From: Candidatus Izemoplasma sp. | Lineage (GTDB): Bacteria > Bacillota_I > Bacilli_A > Izemoplasmatales > Izemoplasmataceae | Reading direction: 5' to 3' | NCBI GenBank assembly: GCA_007123975.1 | Contig: SLFZ01000041.1 | Coordinates: forward strand, 1-45,448 | DNA: 45,448 bases | Shown here: one piece after another, positions 1 to 9,246 of the stretch | Numbering within the stretch: the first letter of the stretch is position 1 | How the letters are laid out: each line of letters starts with the position of its first letter | Position numbers and translations under genes: made by a program | The notes under the pieces: model-generated | The model's input: the letters and a program-made list of their open reading frames with translations, nothing else | What the model was told of the DNA's origin: nothing | The model's database searches: none

Positions 1-26
1 CGTGACAAACATCAGAGGTGTTAACA

Positions 27-1304
27 ATGAACAACATACTGACTGCCCTCAAAGGGCGAATGATGATGCCAACGATTTTCGTGGTTCTCTTCACGATGAC
101 GTTTCTTTTTGACTCACTGGAAAACATTGCCAGAGGCTACTTAGCCATCTTGCAAAGCCCAAGTGTGTTGATTAGTGATTACTTGCATATTGGTGGACTC
201 GGTGCGACACTTTTTAACGTCTCCACCATCATGCTGATTAACATCATCATGCTGCATAAGCTTAAACTGAAAATGTCAGGACCAATTTTTGCCGGACTCT
301 TGACGATTGCCGGGTTTTCGTTTTTCGGAAAGAACATCTTTAACACGCTTCCGATTTATGCCGGCATATACCTTTACGCACGCCACCAAAAACTTGCGTT
401 CAAAGATTTTATCATCGTTGTCTTGTTTTCCACCGGCATCTCACCGATTGTGAGTTTCATGATTTTCGGCACCGGCTGGGAACTCTACATCGGCATTCCC
501 GCAGGCATCGCTGCCGGGCTTGTGACCGGCTACGTCTTGCCGGCCATCAGCGCCAACACGATTCGTTTCCACAAAGGATATAACCTTTACAACATCGGCT
601 TTGCGATGGGCATCTTGTCGATGCTTTATGCGGCGATGCTGACGACGCTGTTCAAGTTTGATTTGTTTCGTTTTGACGATACGACCAGCGAAGCGTTCCA
701 TAGTGAGCTTCTCGTTTTGACCATCGTGATGTCCATGCTTTTTATTGGTGGAGGACTTATAGAAAACAAGCGTGCGTTCACGAAGTATCCACTCATCCTT
801 AAACGCTCCGGACGGTTGGTGTCCGACTTCATCCGTGACGCCGGCCGCGACATCAGCATGATCAACGTCGGTGTGATGGGGCTTATCAGCGTTGTCTTCA
901 TCACCGTGCTTGGCATTGAAATCAACGGCGCCGTCATGGGTGGTATTCTTACCGTCATGGGCTTTGGCGCCTTCGGGAAACATCCCTTTAACAGCATTCC
1001 GGTGATGATTGGCGCAAGCGTATGGTTCTTGCTGTACCCGATTGTCTATGGGGAGCCCGCCGGCGTCGGGCTAGCCATTGCCGTGCTGTTTGTGACCGCC
1101 ATTGCACCAATCGCAGGACGTTTCGGCGTGTTTTTGGGCATTTTCGCGGGCTTTGTACACATCGTTTTAACGCCTTTCACCTACGTGTTTCAAGGCGGCT
1201 TCGACCTCTACAATAACGGGTTTGCCGCAGGGTTTGTCGCCGCGCTCTTGGTGCCTGTGTTTGAAGTGATACGCAAAGAAAAAGTGGAAGAGGAGGAAGC
1301 CTAA
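27..1304 (+). CDS. Polytopic membrane protein, DUF1576-like
   Basis: Long ORF. The ATG at 27 lies 6-7 nt after AGAGGTG (14-20); the GTG at 18 used by the track sits inside the RBS. The translation is almost entirely hydrophobic helices with an acidic tail (EEEEA). The family name is recalled, not verified. Confidence 0.75.
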   Translation: MNNILTALKGRMMMPTIFVVLFTMTFLFDSLENIARGYLAILQSPSVLISDYLHIGGLGATLFNVSTIMLINIIMLHKLKLKMSGPIFAGLLTIAGFSFFGKNIFNTLPIYAGIYLYARHQKLAFKDFIIVVLFSTGISPIVSFMIFGTGWELYIGIPAGIAAGLVTGYVLPAISANTIRFHKGYNLYNIGFAMGILSMLYAAMLTTLFKFDLFRFDDTTSEAFHSELLVLTIVMSMLFIGGGLIENKRAFTKYPLILKRSGRLVSDFIRDAGRDISMINVGVMGLISVVFITVLGIEINGAVMGGILTVMGFGAFGKHPFNSIPVMIGASVWFLLYPIVYGEPAGVGLAIAVLFVTAIAPIAGRFGVFLGIFAGFVHIVLTPFTYVFQGGFDLYNNGFAAGFVAALLVPVFEVIRKEKVEEEEA

Positions 1305-1663
1305 TGACCACCAAACAAGAAGTTCGCATCACCACAAAAATCGTGCATGAGTTAACTCAATACTTCCTGATGCACGGCCATAAACGCGTCACCATCGAGA
1401 CCGTGCTCGACGACGATGTCACCTACTTTCACATCACCATCCCCAAAGCCCTCAAAGACGAGGTTCTGGAATCGATGCATCAGAAATTGATGCGCGAGCG
1501 TGAGCTCGAAGTCGAAACCTACGGGTTTGAACTCGTCGGCGACATCGACTCCAAGAGCGAGCTTGAAATCGTCGGCGTCTTGGTCGATGACATGGCTTAT
1601 AGACGCACAGAAAACGAGACCATCATCACCTTATCACGCACCAACAAGTACCGAAAATCATGA
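1304..1663 (+). CDS. Hypothetical small cytoplasmic protein (119 aa)
   Basis: The ATG overlaps the upstream TAA (TAATG). GAGGAGG lies 8 nt upstream. The stop overlaps the next start (ATGA). No TM segment and no motif I recognise. Confidence 0.65.
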   Translation: MTTKQEVRITTKIVHELTQYFLMHGHKRVTIETVLDDDVTYFHITIPKALKDEVLESMHQKLMRERELEVETYGFELVGDIDSKSELEIVGVLVDDMAYRRTENETIITLSRTNKYRKS

Positions 1664-2055
1664 ACACAAAGCGCATTCTTCGCACGTTGATCGCTTTTGT
1701 GTTGCTTTTTGCCATCCTCGGTGCCATCGGCGTGGTGTTGTTGATGCGGAACCTCGATGAGGTGCTCGAAGAAACCATTGCCCCAATCCAGTTTTCCGAC
1801 ATCGCCGATGGCGTCTACACCGGAAGCTATGAACGTGGACGGTTTTCAAACACCCTTGAGATTACCGTGCAAAACGGCACCGTGATTCAGGTGCGCATCC
1901 TCGACGACATGTGGTTTCGTGATGAAGCCAAGCGCGACCTGTTGTTTCATCGCATCACGCAATCCGACGGACTACCCGTCGATGCCGTCAGCGAAGCGAC
2001 GGTCTCTTCAATCGCCTATATGAAGGCAATTGAAGACGCACTCACATCCGATTAA
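1660..2055 (+). CDS. Membrane-anchored FMN-binding-domain protein
   Basis: N-terminal TM/signal-anchor (ILRTLIAFVLLFAILGAIGVVLL). C-terminal DAVSEATVSSIAYMKAIEDAL resembles the FMN_bind motif D-x-x-S-G-A-T-x-S-S. ATGA coupling to the upstream gene. Confidence 0.8.
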   Translation: MNTKRILRTLIAFVLLFAILGAIGVVLLMRNLDEVLEETIAPIQFSDIADGVYTGSYERGRFSNTLEITVQNGTVIQVRILDDMWFRDEAKRDLLFHRITQSDGLPVDAVSEATVSSIAYMKAIEDALTSD

Positions 2056-2092
2056 AAACCTCTTGGCCTAACGGCTCAAGAGGTTTTCTTTT
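2056..2092. terminator. Bidirectional rho-independent terminator (FMN-binding gene / rnhC)
   Basis: Stem AAACCTCTTG (2056-2065) pairs with CAAGAGGTTT (2077-2086), followed by TTTTCTTTT. It lies between convergent genes and overlaps the last codons of rnhC. Confidence 0.6.
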
Positions 2093-2970
2093 GCTTTATC
2101 GGTGGTTTTGAAATGGAGTTTCGCGACCTGTTTTAGCGCGTCGATTCCGTGGTCTTGTATGAACTGCGCGGCCGCGTCATCGACAGCCTTTGAAGCGCCC
2201 TTCGGCAGCACGACACCATAGGTTTTTCCGAGGTCGTCGAGTTTGGTTAGAAAACGGTATCGCGCGATGATGCTCGCCACGGCAACGCTGGCGTAATGCG
2301 ATTCGGCTTTTGTTTTAAAGATGTCGGGAACCGGCGCATCCTTAAAATCTTTGACATAGCGCGCGTAGTGCGCTGCGTCGCAAAACTGATCGACGATAAT
2401 CGGTGCCTTGGCTTTCACACGGCTTCGGAGCTTCTTGTGCGTTTGGGCATGCAGGTACGCTTTGAGCTTGTGGGCGTTAAAGCCGCGTGATGTTTGGGCG
2501 TTGTAGCTTGGTGGATCCAACACGACGAGCGAATAAGGCACACGTTCGACCAGCACTGGCGCGATGCGCTTAACGGTCTCATCGCTCAGTGTTTTTGAAT
2601 CGCGCACGCCAAGTTTTTCAAGCCACGATTTGTCATTCGGTGTGACGTAGGCGCAGGCGACGACGAGGGGACCGAAGTAATCGCCGACACCCGTTTCGTC
2701 GCTGCCGTAAGAGCGTAGGTAATAGTCGGTTGTCTCGGTGGATGACGCACCGGGATGGGCTATGTTAAAGGCATCGGCGAAAAACGCGGCGTCCGACAGC
2801 GCATCGGCTCCTTGAAAAAGCACCGTGCCGTTTTTGTAGACGGTGACGCTCAACCCTTCTCGTTTAATGCGCGTGAGCACATGGGGCTCTGCATTTGGGG
2901 AAGGCGCATGCCGATAATGGCGCAAAAGTGCGTCAATCTGTTCGCGTTGCAATTTCAATGTTGCGGGCAC
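2068..2970 (-). CDS. rnhC: Ribonuclease HIII
   Basis: N-terminal RNase HIII-specific domain (LSVTVYKNGTVLFQG) followed by the RNase HII/HIII catalytic core (GSDETGVGDYFGPLVVACAYV). GTG start with AAAGGA 9 nt upstream. Confidence 0.9.
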   Translation of the reverse strand: MPATLKLQREQIDALLRHYRHAPSPNAEPHVLTRIKREGLSVTVYKNGTVLFQGADALSDAAFFADAFNIAHPGASSTETTDYYLRSYGSDETGVGDYFGPLVVACAYVTPNDKSWLEKLGVRDSKTLSDETVKRIAPVLVERVPYSLVVLDPPSYNAQTSRGFNAHKLKAYLHAQTHKKLRSRVKAKAPIIVDQFCDAAHYARYVKDFKDAPVPDIFKTKAESHYASVAVASIIARYRFLTKLDDLGKTYGVVLPKGASKAVDDAAAQFIQDHGIDALKQVAKLHFKTTDKAKENLLSR

Positions 2971-3038
2971 GCCATCACATCCTTTTTGTGTATTTTAGCA
3001 CGAAATGGTGTAAAATAGTAGCGATGGGAGTGACCGAC

Positions 3039-5363
3039 ATGGCTTTTGACATCAAGACCTTGGAATTTGATAAGATTGTGAAAAAAATGAAACCCCTCGC
3101 GCAAACGTCACTAGGCAAAGCGAAACTCGATGCGCTGACGCCGTCACCGAAGCAGGATGCAGTCGAAGCGATGCTGCATGAGACCGATGAGGCGCGTCGT
3201 TTTATCGTGGAAGGGTTAGAACCATCGTTCGGAGGTGTCACCGACCTCACGGACGCGATCAAACGTGCTCGCATTGAAGGCGTGCTCTCGGTGTCGGAAC
3301 TGATTCAAGTACACAATCACGTACGCGCAACCACGCGCATTAAACGTGAAATGACACGGCTTTCAGAACGCGAAGAAACCACCATTGACATCGAGACGTA
3401 CGCGCACGAACTTGTGGTTTGTAAATCACTTGGTGAAGCGATTCACGCCGCCATCGACGAGTCTGGTGATGTGCGCGATTCCGCCTCGGCGGAACTCGCG
3501 AGCATTCGTCGTCACATTGACAACACCGAACGAAAAATAAAGACCACGCTTGACCACGTCCTAAAAAAAGAGGCCAAGCGCCTCACCGATCAAATCATCA
3601 CCATCCGCAACAACCGCTACGTCATTCCTGTGAAACCCGGCGAAAAAAACAACGTCCGAGGCACCGTGATTGATTACTCTTCTAGCGGTGAAACGGCGTA
3701 CATCGAACCCGAAGCCATCCGTGAACTGACAAGCACAAAAGACCGACTTGAGGCCGATGAACGACGCGAAATCGAGCGCATCCTGTTCGTGCTGACCCTT
3801 GAAGTCAAAGACCATGCGGACACGCTCTCGGCGAACCTTGAACTGCTTGGGCATTTGGACATGTTGTTTGCGAAAGGGACGTACGCGCACGCCACCGAAT
3901 CGACAAAGCCAAAACTCACCAACCGCCTGCACTTGATGAAAGCACGCCACCCGCTCATTCCTAAAGACGAGGTCGTTGCCAACACCATCACGTTTGATGA
4001 CGACATCAACACCATCATCATCACCGGCTCAAACACCGGCGGGAAAACCGTGGCGCTCAAAACCGTTGGGTTGCTGGCAATGATGGCCCAAAGCGGGCTT
4101 TTGATTCCAACCCTACCCGGCAGCGAAACCCGTTGCTTTACACAAATTCGTGCCGACATCGGCGATGAACAAAGCATCGAGCAATCGCTGTCGACCTTCT
4201 CCTCACACATGAAAAACATCGTGTCGATGCTCAAAGGCCTTAAACCGGGCGGGCTGATCTTGCTTGATGAGCTCGGCGGGGGCACCGACCCGAGTGAAGG
4301 CGCGTCGCTCGCGATGAGCATATTGGAGTACCTCAACGACAAAAACGTGCACGTCATCGCCACCACCCACTACCCAGAACTCAAAGCCTACGCCTATACC
4401 AAGTTCTCGATCGTCAACGCAAGCGTCGAGTTCGACGAGAAGACTTTGCAGCCGACCTATCGGTTGTTGATGCGTACGCCGGGTGAATCGCATGCGCTCT
4501 TGATTGCCTCACGCCTCGGGCTCGATTCAGCGATTGTTGAGCATGCAAAAAAGCATGTGCTGACACAGAAAACCGAGGTCGGTGAGCTCATCGATAACCT
4601 CAAACGCGAAAGCAAGAAACTTGACGACCTCATCATCGAGTACGAAAAGACGACGCGAGCAATCGAGCAAGAACGGCGTGAGCTCAGCGAGAAAAAACGC
4701 GAAGTACAAGCCGAAAAGGAAACGTTGAAAGAGCGGCTTACGCGGGAGAACAGAAAAGCGATGGATTCGCTTCAAAAAGATGCCAAAGCGCTAATTGATG
4801 AACTGCAGGCAATGAAGTCGCAATCCTTTAAAGCACATGAACTGGCCGAGGCCAAACACAAATTGAAATCGCTTCAACCAGATCGAGCAAGCAGCGACGA
4901 ATCCTCAACACGGGGTCACAGCTACAAAGCGGGAGACCGTGTGTACCTGCTTAAGTACAATCGACACGGCGAACTTGTGAAAAAACAAAAAGACGGACGC
5001 TGGCGCGTGCGGATGGGAAGGCTTGAAAGCGTGCTCGATGAAGACGCCTTCGAGTATACCGAACCAAGCACGCCCCACACCCCGGAGCCCACGCCCGCAA
5101 AAACAACCGTTAACAAAAGCGTGCCAAGCGAACTCGATCTTCGCGGCATGCGCGTCCACGAAGCCAAAGAAGCCCTTGATAAATACCTGGATGATTGCTT
5201 GGTCGCAGGCATGCCATTTGCCAGTGTGATTCACGGTTATGGGACCCTCGCGCTTAGGAAGATGGTAAAAGAAACGGTGGCCGAGCACCAGGGCATAACC
5301 GAAGCCCGGGACGGCAAAGGAAACGAAGGTGGACAAGGCGTGACCATCGTCTATTTTTCGTAG
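3039..5363 (+). CDS. mutS2: Endonuclease MutS2 (MutS domain plus C-terminal Smr)
   Basis: Walker A ITGSNTGGKT, MutS core and a C-terminal Smr domain (LDLRGMRVHEAKEALDKYLD...HGYGTLALRK). The ATG at 3039 lies 8 nt after GGGAG. The track start at 2895 would overlap rnhC. Confidence 0.93.
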   Translation: MAFDIKTLEFDKIVKKMKPLAQTSLGKAKLDALTPSPKQDAVEAMLHETDEARRFIVEGLEPSFGGVTDLTDAIKRARIEGVLSVSELIQVHNHVRATTRIKREMTRLSEREETTIDIETYAHELVVCKSLGEAIHAAIDESGDVRDSASAELASIRRHIDNTERKIKTTLDHVLKKEAKRLTDQIITIRNNRYVIPVKPGEKNNVRGTVIDYSSSGETAYIEPEAIRELTSTKDRLEADERREIERILFVLTLEVKDHADTLSANLELLGHLDMLFAKGTYAHATESTKPKLTNRLHLMKARHPLIPKDEVVANTITFDDDINTIIITGSNTGGKTVALKTVGLLAMMAQSGLLIPTLPGSETRCFTQIRADIGDEQSIEQSLSTFSSHMKNIVSMLKGLKPGGLILLDELGGGTDPSEGASLAMSILEYLNDKNVHVIATTHYPELKAYAYTKFSIVNASVEFDEKTLQPTYRLLMRTPGESHALLIASRLGLDSAIVEHAKKHVLTQKTEVGELIDNLKRESKKLDDLIIEYEKTTRAIEQERRELSEKKREVQAEKETLKERLTRENRKAMDSLQKDAKALIDELQAMKSQSFKAHELAEAKHKLKSLQPDRASSDESSTRGHSYKAGDRVYLLKYNRHGELVKKQKDGRWRVRMGRLESVLDEDAFEYTEPSTPHTPEPTPAKTTVNKSVPSELDLRGMRVHEAKEALDKYLDDCLVAGMPFASVIHGYGTLALRKMVKETVAEHQGITEARDGKGNEGGQGVTIVYFS

Positions 5364-5384
5364 ACAAACCATCAAGCGTTCCAT

Positions 5385-5413
5385 TTGTAAATCTCTACAA
5401 ACACGTGTATAAT
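5385..5413 (+). promoter_or_regulatory. Candidate sigma-A promoter of trxA
   Basis: TTGTAA (5385-5390), 17-nt spacer, TATAAT (5408-5413). AAGGAGG RBS follows. Confidence 0.45.
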
Positions 5414-5444
5414 GAGCGTGTAAATAAATAAGGAGGAATTAGAC

Positions 5445-5759
5445 ATGGCAGAAGTCGTATACGCAGATAATTCAAACTTGGAAGAAATCATTCAAGACCA
5501 ACCTCTCGTGCTTCTTGACTTTTACGCAGACTGGTGCGGACCGTGCAAAATGATCGGACCCGTCCTCGAACAAGTCGCTGAAGAAAACACCGACATTAAA
5601 GTGGTTAAAGTCAACGTCGACGAAAACATCTCACTTGCGCAACAATACGGCGTGCAAGGCATTCCTGCGCTCTTCGTCTTAAAAGATGGCGAAGTCGTTG
5701 CACAAAAAGCTGGTTTTATGCCCAAAGACGCACTTGTCAACTGGGTAAAAAGCACCTAA
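5445..5759 (+). CDS. trxA: Thioredoxin
   Basis: 104 aa with the WCGPCK active site and a typical thioredoxin fold sequence. Confidence 0.96.
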   Translation: MAEVVYADNSNLEEIIQDQPLVLLDFYADWCGPCKMIGPVLEQVAEENTDIKVVKVNVDENISLAQQYGVQGIPALFVLKDGEVVAQKAGFMPKDALVNWVKST

Positions 5760-5782
5760 GCATTACCCCGAACCACACATTG

Positions 5783-5816
5783 AAAAGATATGCATTCGTT
5801 TGCATATCTTTTTCTC
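5783..5816 (+). terminator. trxA rho-independent terminator
   Basis: AAAGATATGCA (5784-5794) pairs with TGCATATCTTT (5801-5811), followed by a T-run. Confidence 0.8.
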
Positions 5817-5858
5817 TGTTTGGGTGCGAAGTGGTGTATAATGGGTGTGGTGAGGCCC

Positions 5859-6716
5859 ATGAATGGAATCTTAGTCATCAACAAGCCCACAGGCATCAGC
5901 AGCCACGACTGCGTCAACATTATTCGCAAAGCCATGAAGACCAAAAAAGTCGGCCACGCCGGCACCTTGGATGTGGAAGCGAGCGGCGTGCTGGTGCTTG
6001 GCATCAACAAGGGAACGAAACTGTTAAACTACTTGAACCAAGACGACAAGACCTATCGGTTTGATGTCGTTTTTGGCATCACCACAGACACCTTGGACCA
6101 CGCCGGTGCCATCACCGATGAACAACCCCTCCAAAGTCCCCCAGACATCGACGCGGCACTCCCGAAGTTTATCGGCACCTACACCCAAATGCCACCTGCT
6201 TACTCCGCGGTTAAAGTTGGTGGAAAGAAACTCTATGAATACGCACGGGAAGGCAAACCGATTCCTGAGGTTAACGCTCGAGATCTTACCGTGCACGAGC
6301 TCTATCGAACGACCCCTGTTGTATTTGATGAAGGGCGAGCCACCTGTGGGTTTTACCTCCGTGCCAGCAAAGGCATCTACGTGCGCCAACTGGCAAGTGA
6401 TCTTGCTGAAACACTCGGCACCGTCGCACACACCACCGCAATTCATCGCGTTGCCGCAGGCGATTTCACCATCGACGAGGCCATCGACCTCGACCACGTC
6501 AACGCCAACACCCCACTTATAAGCCTTGCGAACGCACTGCGTTCGATGCCTGAGAAACAGGTTGCGGGAGACGATCTCTTTAAAGCCAAACACGGCCAAC
6601 CGCTACGAATTAACGCCGATGTGGCGCAGTTGAAAATAGTCGATGAACGTGGTAAACTGGTGGCGATTTACGAACGAAAAGAAACAGATTATCGCGCCAA
6701 GAACGTCTTCGCGTGA
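5859..6716 (+). CDS. truB: tRNA pseudouridine-55 synthase
   Basis: MNGILVINKPTGISSHD...GHAGTLDVEASGVL is the TruB signature including the catalytic Asp. The ATG at 5859 follows GGTGAGG. TATAAT at 5837-5842 lies inside the longer track ORF. Confidence 0.93.
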   Translation: MNGILVINKPTGISSHDCVNIIRKAMKTKKVGHAGTLDVEASGVLVLGINKGTKLLNYLNQDDKTYRFDVVFGITTDTLDHAGAITDEQPLQSPPDIDAALPKFIGTYTQMPPAYSAVKVGGKKLYEYAREGKPIPEVNARDLTVHELYRTTPVVFDEGRATCGFYLRASKGIYVRQLASDLAETLGTVAHTTAIHRVAAGDFTIDEAIDLDHVNANTPLISLANALRSMPEKQVAGDDLFKAKHGQPLRINADVAQLKIVDERGKLVAIYERKETDYRAKNVFA

Positions 6717-6732
6717 GAAAACGAGGAACGCC

Positions 6733-7650
6733 ATGGAAATTATCCCACTGAACGGAAACGTCATCAAACCGAACACCGTCGCGGCGATCGGTTTTTTCGA
6801 CGGCGTTCATCTCGCACACGAGACATTGATTAAAACCATGAAAGCCTATGCCGAAACCCACAGCATGTCAACGGCCGTCATCACGTTTGATGTCCATCCG
6901 AAAGCCGTTTTGTTTGATTTGCCTTACCGCTACATCACCCCATTGAAAAAGAAGCTTGAACTGATTGAAACCCATGGCATCGACACGCTTTACCTCATCG
7001 AGTTCGACGAGGCAAAGGCAAGCATGAAGCCCGACGCCTTTATCGAACAGTATCTCAACCGACTCGACGTCATCGTCTGTGGCTTTGATTTTCGCTTTGG
7101 GCATCGGGGCAGTGGTTCGGTATCCACGCTGAAGAACCATCCCGAAATCAAAACCATTGTCGTCGATGAGCTAACCCACGACGGGTATAAAATCGGCTCA
7201 ACCCATATTCGCGACTTGATTATGGCCGGACGGGTCGGTGAAGTGAAAGAAACCCTCGGACGATACCACACGGTGGCCGGCACCGTCATCGAAGGCGCAA
7301 AAAAGGGTCGAGAGATTGGCTATCCCACCGCCAACATCGACACCGGTGATTACTTGATTCCCAAGCAAGGCGTATACGCATCGTTCACACGACGAGGCAA
7401 GCGATGGTATCCATCGATGAGCACCGTCGGACACAACCCAACCCTCAACAAACGCCACGATTTGAGCGTTGAAAGCCACCTTTTCGACTTTGATGAAATC
7501 ATCTATGGTGAGACCATCGAAATCGCTTTCGTTGAACGCCTGCGCAGTGAAATCGCCTTTGATTCCGCCGCCGCCTTAATCGAGCAAATTAAAGAGGATG
7601 AGCGTCAAACGCATGGCATTCTTAAAAGCAAGGATTTTCCCTTGCATTGA
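6733..7650 (+). CDS. ribF: Bifunctional riboflavin kinase / FMN adenylyltransferase
   Basis: GFFDGVHLAHETL (nucleotidyltransferase motif) and a C-terminal riboflavin kinase domain (GYPTANI...). The ATG at 6733 follows the truB stop and ACGAGGA. Confidence 0.93.
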   Translation: MEIIPLNGNVIKPNTVAAIGFFDGVHLAHETLIKTMKAYAETHSMSTAVITFDVHPKAVLFDLPYRYITPLKKKLELIETHGIDTLYLIEFDEAKASMKPDAFIEQYLNRLDVIVCGFDFRFGHRGSGSVSTLKNHPEIKTIVVDELTHDGYKIGSTHIRDLIMAGRVGEVKETLGRYHTVAGTVIEGAKKGREIGYPTANIDTGDYLIPKQGVYASFTRRGKRWYPSMSTVGHNPTLNKRHDLSVESHLFDFDEIIYGETIEIAFVERLRSEIAFDSAAALIEQIKEDERQTHGILKSKDFPLH

Positions 7651-7669
7651 TGTGCGTTTGTGCTATAAT
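7642..7669 (+). promoter_or_regulatory. rpsO promoter (extended -10)
   Basis: TTGCAT (7642-7647), 16-nt spacer, TGcTATAAT (7661-7669). It overlaps the ribF stop. Confidence 0.6.
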
Positions 7670-7755
7670 AAGTATCGCGCCCGCATCTTGGTGTCTCGTC
7701 GCTCCCGACGACCACGAGGATACGGGGGACAACAAAACACACGGGAGGTAAAACC

Positions 7756-8025
7756 ATGGCTTTAAGCAAAGAGCAAAAACAAGCACTTGTCGAAGCATAC
7801 CGCATCAAGGACGGCGACACCGGGTCACCGGAAGTGCAGATTGCGATTCTCACGCATGAGATTCGCGAACTGAACGCGCACTTGAAAGTGCACAAACACG
7901 ACCATCATTCGCAACGCGGCATGATGAAAAAAGTCGGTCACCGTCGCAACTTGATGAAGTATTTGGCGAAACAAGACGTCGAACGCTATCAGAAGCTCAT
8001 CAAAAAACTTGGACTTCGTCGATAA
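7756..8025 (+). CDS. rpsO: 30S ribosomal protein S15
   Basis: 89 aa. [33 protein letters not shown] is canonical S15. GGGAGG RBS. Confidence 0.97.
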   Translation: MALSKEQKQALVEAYRIKDGDTGSPEVQIAILTHEIRELNAHLKVHKHDHHSQRGMMKKVGHRRNLMKYLAKQDVERYQKLIKKLGLRR

Positions 8026-8026
8026 G

Positions 8027-8055
8027 AATAAGCGCCTTGGCGCTTATTTTTTTTT
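8027..8055 (+). terminator. rpsO rho-independent terminator
   Basis: 9-bp stem (8027-8035 with 8040-8048) with a CTTG loop, then about 8 T. Confidence 0.85.
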
Positions 8056-8118
8056 CGCTTAAATGCCTTTTCAACGCTTCTCCGATGGCGTATAATGAAA
8101 CAAGAAAGAGGTGGGCAT

Positions 8119-9246
8119 ATGAACGCGAATGAACGACGCATCAAAACCCTCGTGACGTTAGGGATCATTGCCGCAACGCTTTTGATTTTTATGCTTGTTC
8201 GAGAGTTGGCGGGAGGCCTTGTGGCGCAGTTTTGGACCGCTTTTTTGGCGATTTTATTGCCGTTTTCAATTGCCTTGTTTATCAGTTATTTAATTGCGCC
8301 GGTGTTTAAACTGCTTGAACGAAGGCTGCGTTTTCGCCACCGACTGATCAACACCATCATCGTGTTCTTCGGCGTCGGGTTTTTGTTGTTTTTGTTCGGG
8401 CGTTTTGCAGGAACGTTAATCTACACGCAAGGTGTCGCGTTCATCGAGAACGACTGGCCCCGTGTCGTCAGCTATTTCGATGAGGTGTTTTCTGAGGATT
8501 CCTCGCTGCGAGCGATTTATGCCTGGTTGACCGAGTACGTGCAAATTGGCGAGGGTGAGAAAATCACCATTGATCTCATCTCTATTTTTCAGAGTTTAAC
8601 CACGATTGTGATCACCATCGTGCTGGTTCCGGTGTTTTTGTTTTTTATCCTGAACGACAAAGACCGAATCTACGAAAGCCTGATTTCACTCGTTCCTAAA
8701 CGCTACCGTGATGATGCCATTGAACTGACGACCCGTGCCAATAAAGTCGTCACCGAGTACTTCAACGGCCGCTTTATCACAATGTTCGTGATGGCGATTT
8801 TCTTTACGTTGTTGTTGCTTGTGCTGGGCTTCCGTGAACGTGCGATTCTCTTCGGCTTCATGCTCGGATTCTTTGACATTGTGCCTTATGTCGGGCCCTT
8901 TATCGCGATTATTTTGCCGGTGCTATGGAGCCTGACCGAGACCGCGCAGCTGCCGTTTGGTGAACTCTCACCTTACATTATCTTGATTGCTGTGGTCATC
9001 GGTCAAATGATTCAAAACAACGTCGCACAACCCCTCATCATGGGTAAGGAAACCAAAATACATCCGCTGTTGGTGTTGAGCGCGTTCATCTTTTTCGCCT
9101 ATTTGTTTGGTGTTGTTGGGTTGATCCTTGCCATTCCAATCACAGGGACGATTAAATCAACCATTCAGTATTATAAAGAAAAACACGCGCATCGATTAGA
9201 ACTAAATGAAGAGCAGCGCAAAAAAATACGGGAGGACACCACATGA
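8119..9246 (+). CDS. AI-2E family transporter (UPF0118/PerM-like permease)
   Basis: Multi-TM protein with a typical AI-2E layout and length. The ATG at 8119 follows AGAGGTGG. The track start at 8095 lies inside a TATAAT box (8091-8096). Confidence 0.8.
   Translation: MNANERRIKTLVTLGIIAATLLIFMLVRELAGGLVAQFWTAFLAILLPFSIALFISYLIAPVFKLLERRLRFRHRLINTIIVFFGVGFLLFLFGRFAGTLIYTQGVAFIENDWPRVVSYFDEVFSEDSSLRAIYAWLTEYVQIGEGEKITIDLISIFQSLTTIVITIVLVPVFLFFILNDKDRIYESLISLVPKRYRDDAIELTTRANKVVTEYFNGRFITMFVMAIFFTLLLLVLGFRERAILFGFMLGFFDIVPYVGPFIAIILPVLWSLTETAQLPFGELSPYIILIAVVIGQMIQNNVAQPLIMGKETKIHPLLVLSAFIFFAYLFGVVGLILAIPITGTIKSTIQYYKEKHAHRLELNEEQRKKIREDTT

Noticed and set aside
441-997. 180-aa and 123-aa minus-strand ORFs inside the DUF1576-like gene
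   Set aside because: They are antisense to a well-supported membrane-protein ORF, with no RBS and an implausible composition.
2895-3038. N-terminal 48-codon extension of mutS2 in the ORF track
   Set aside because: It would overlap the rnhC coding sequence and the divergent promoter region. The ATG at 3039 has a GGGAG RBS and gives a typical MutS2 N-terminus (MAFDIKTLEFDKI).
3674-4366. 230-aa minus-strand ORF inside mutS2 (with similar cases at 6024-6599 in truB and 9171-9731 in the amidohydrolase gene)
   Set aside because: The sense-strand genes are strongly recognisable. These antisense frames have no initiation signals and give Ser/Pro/Arg-rich translations.
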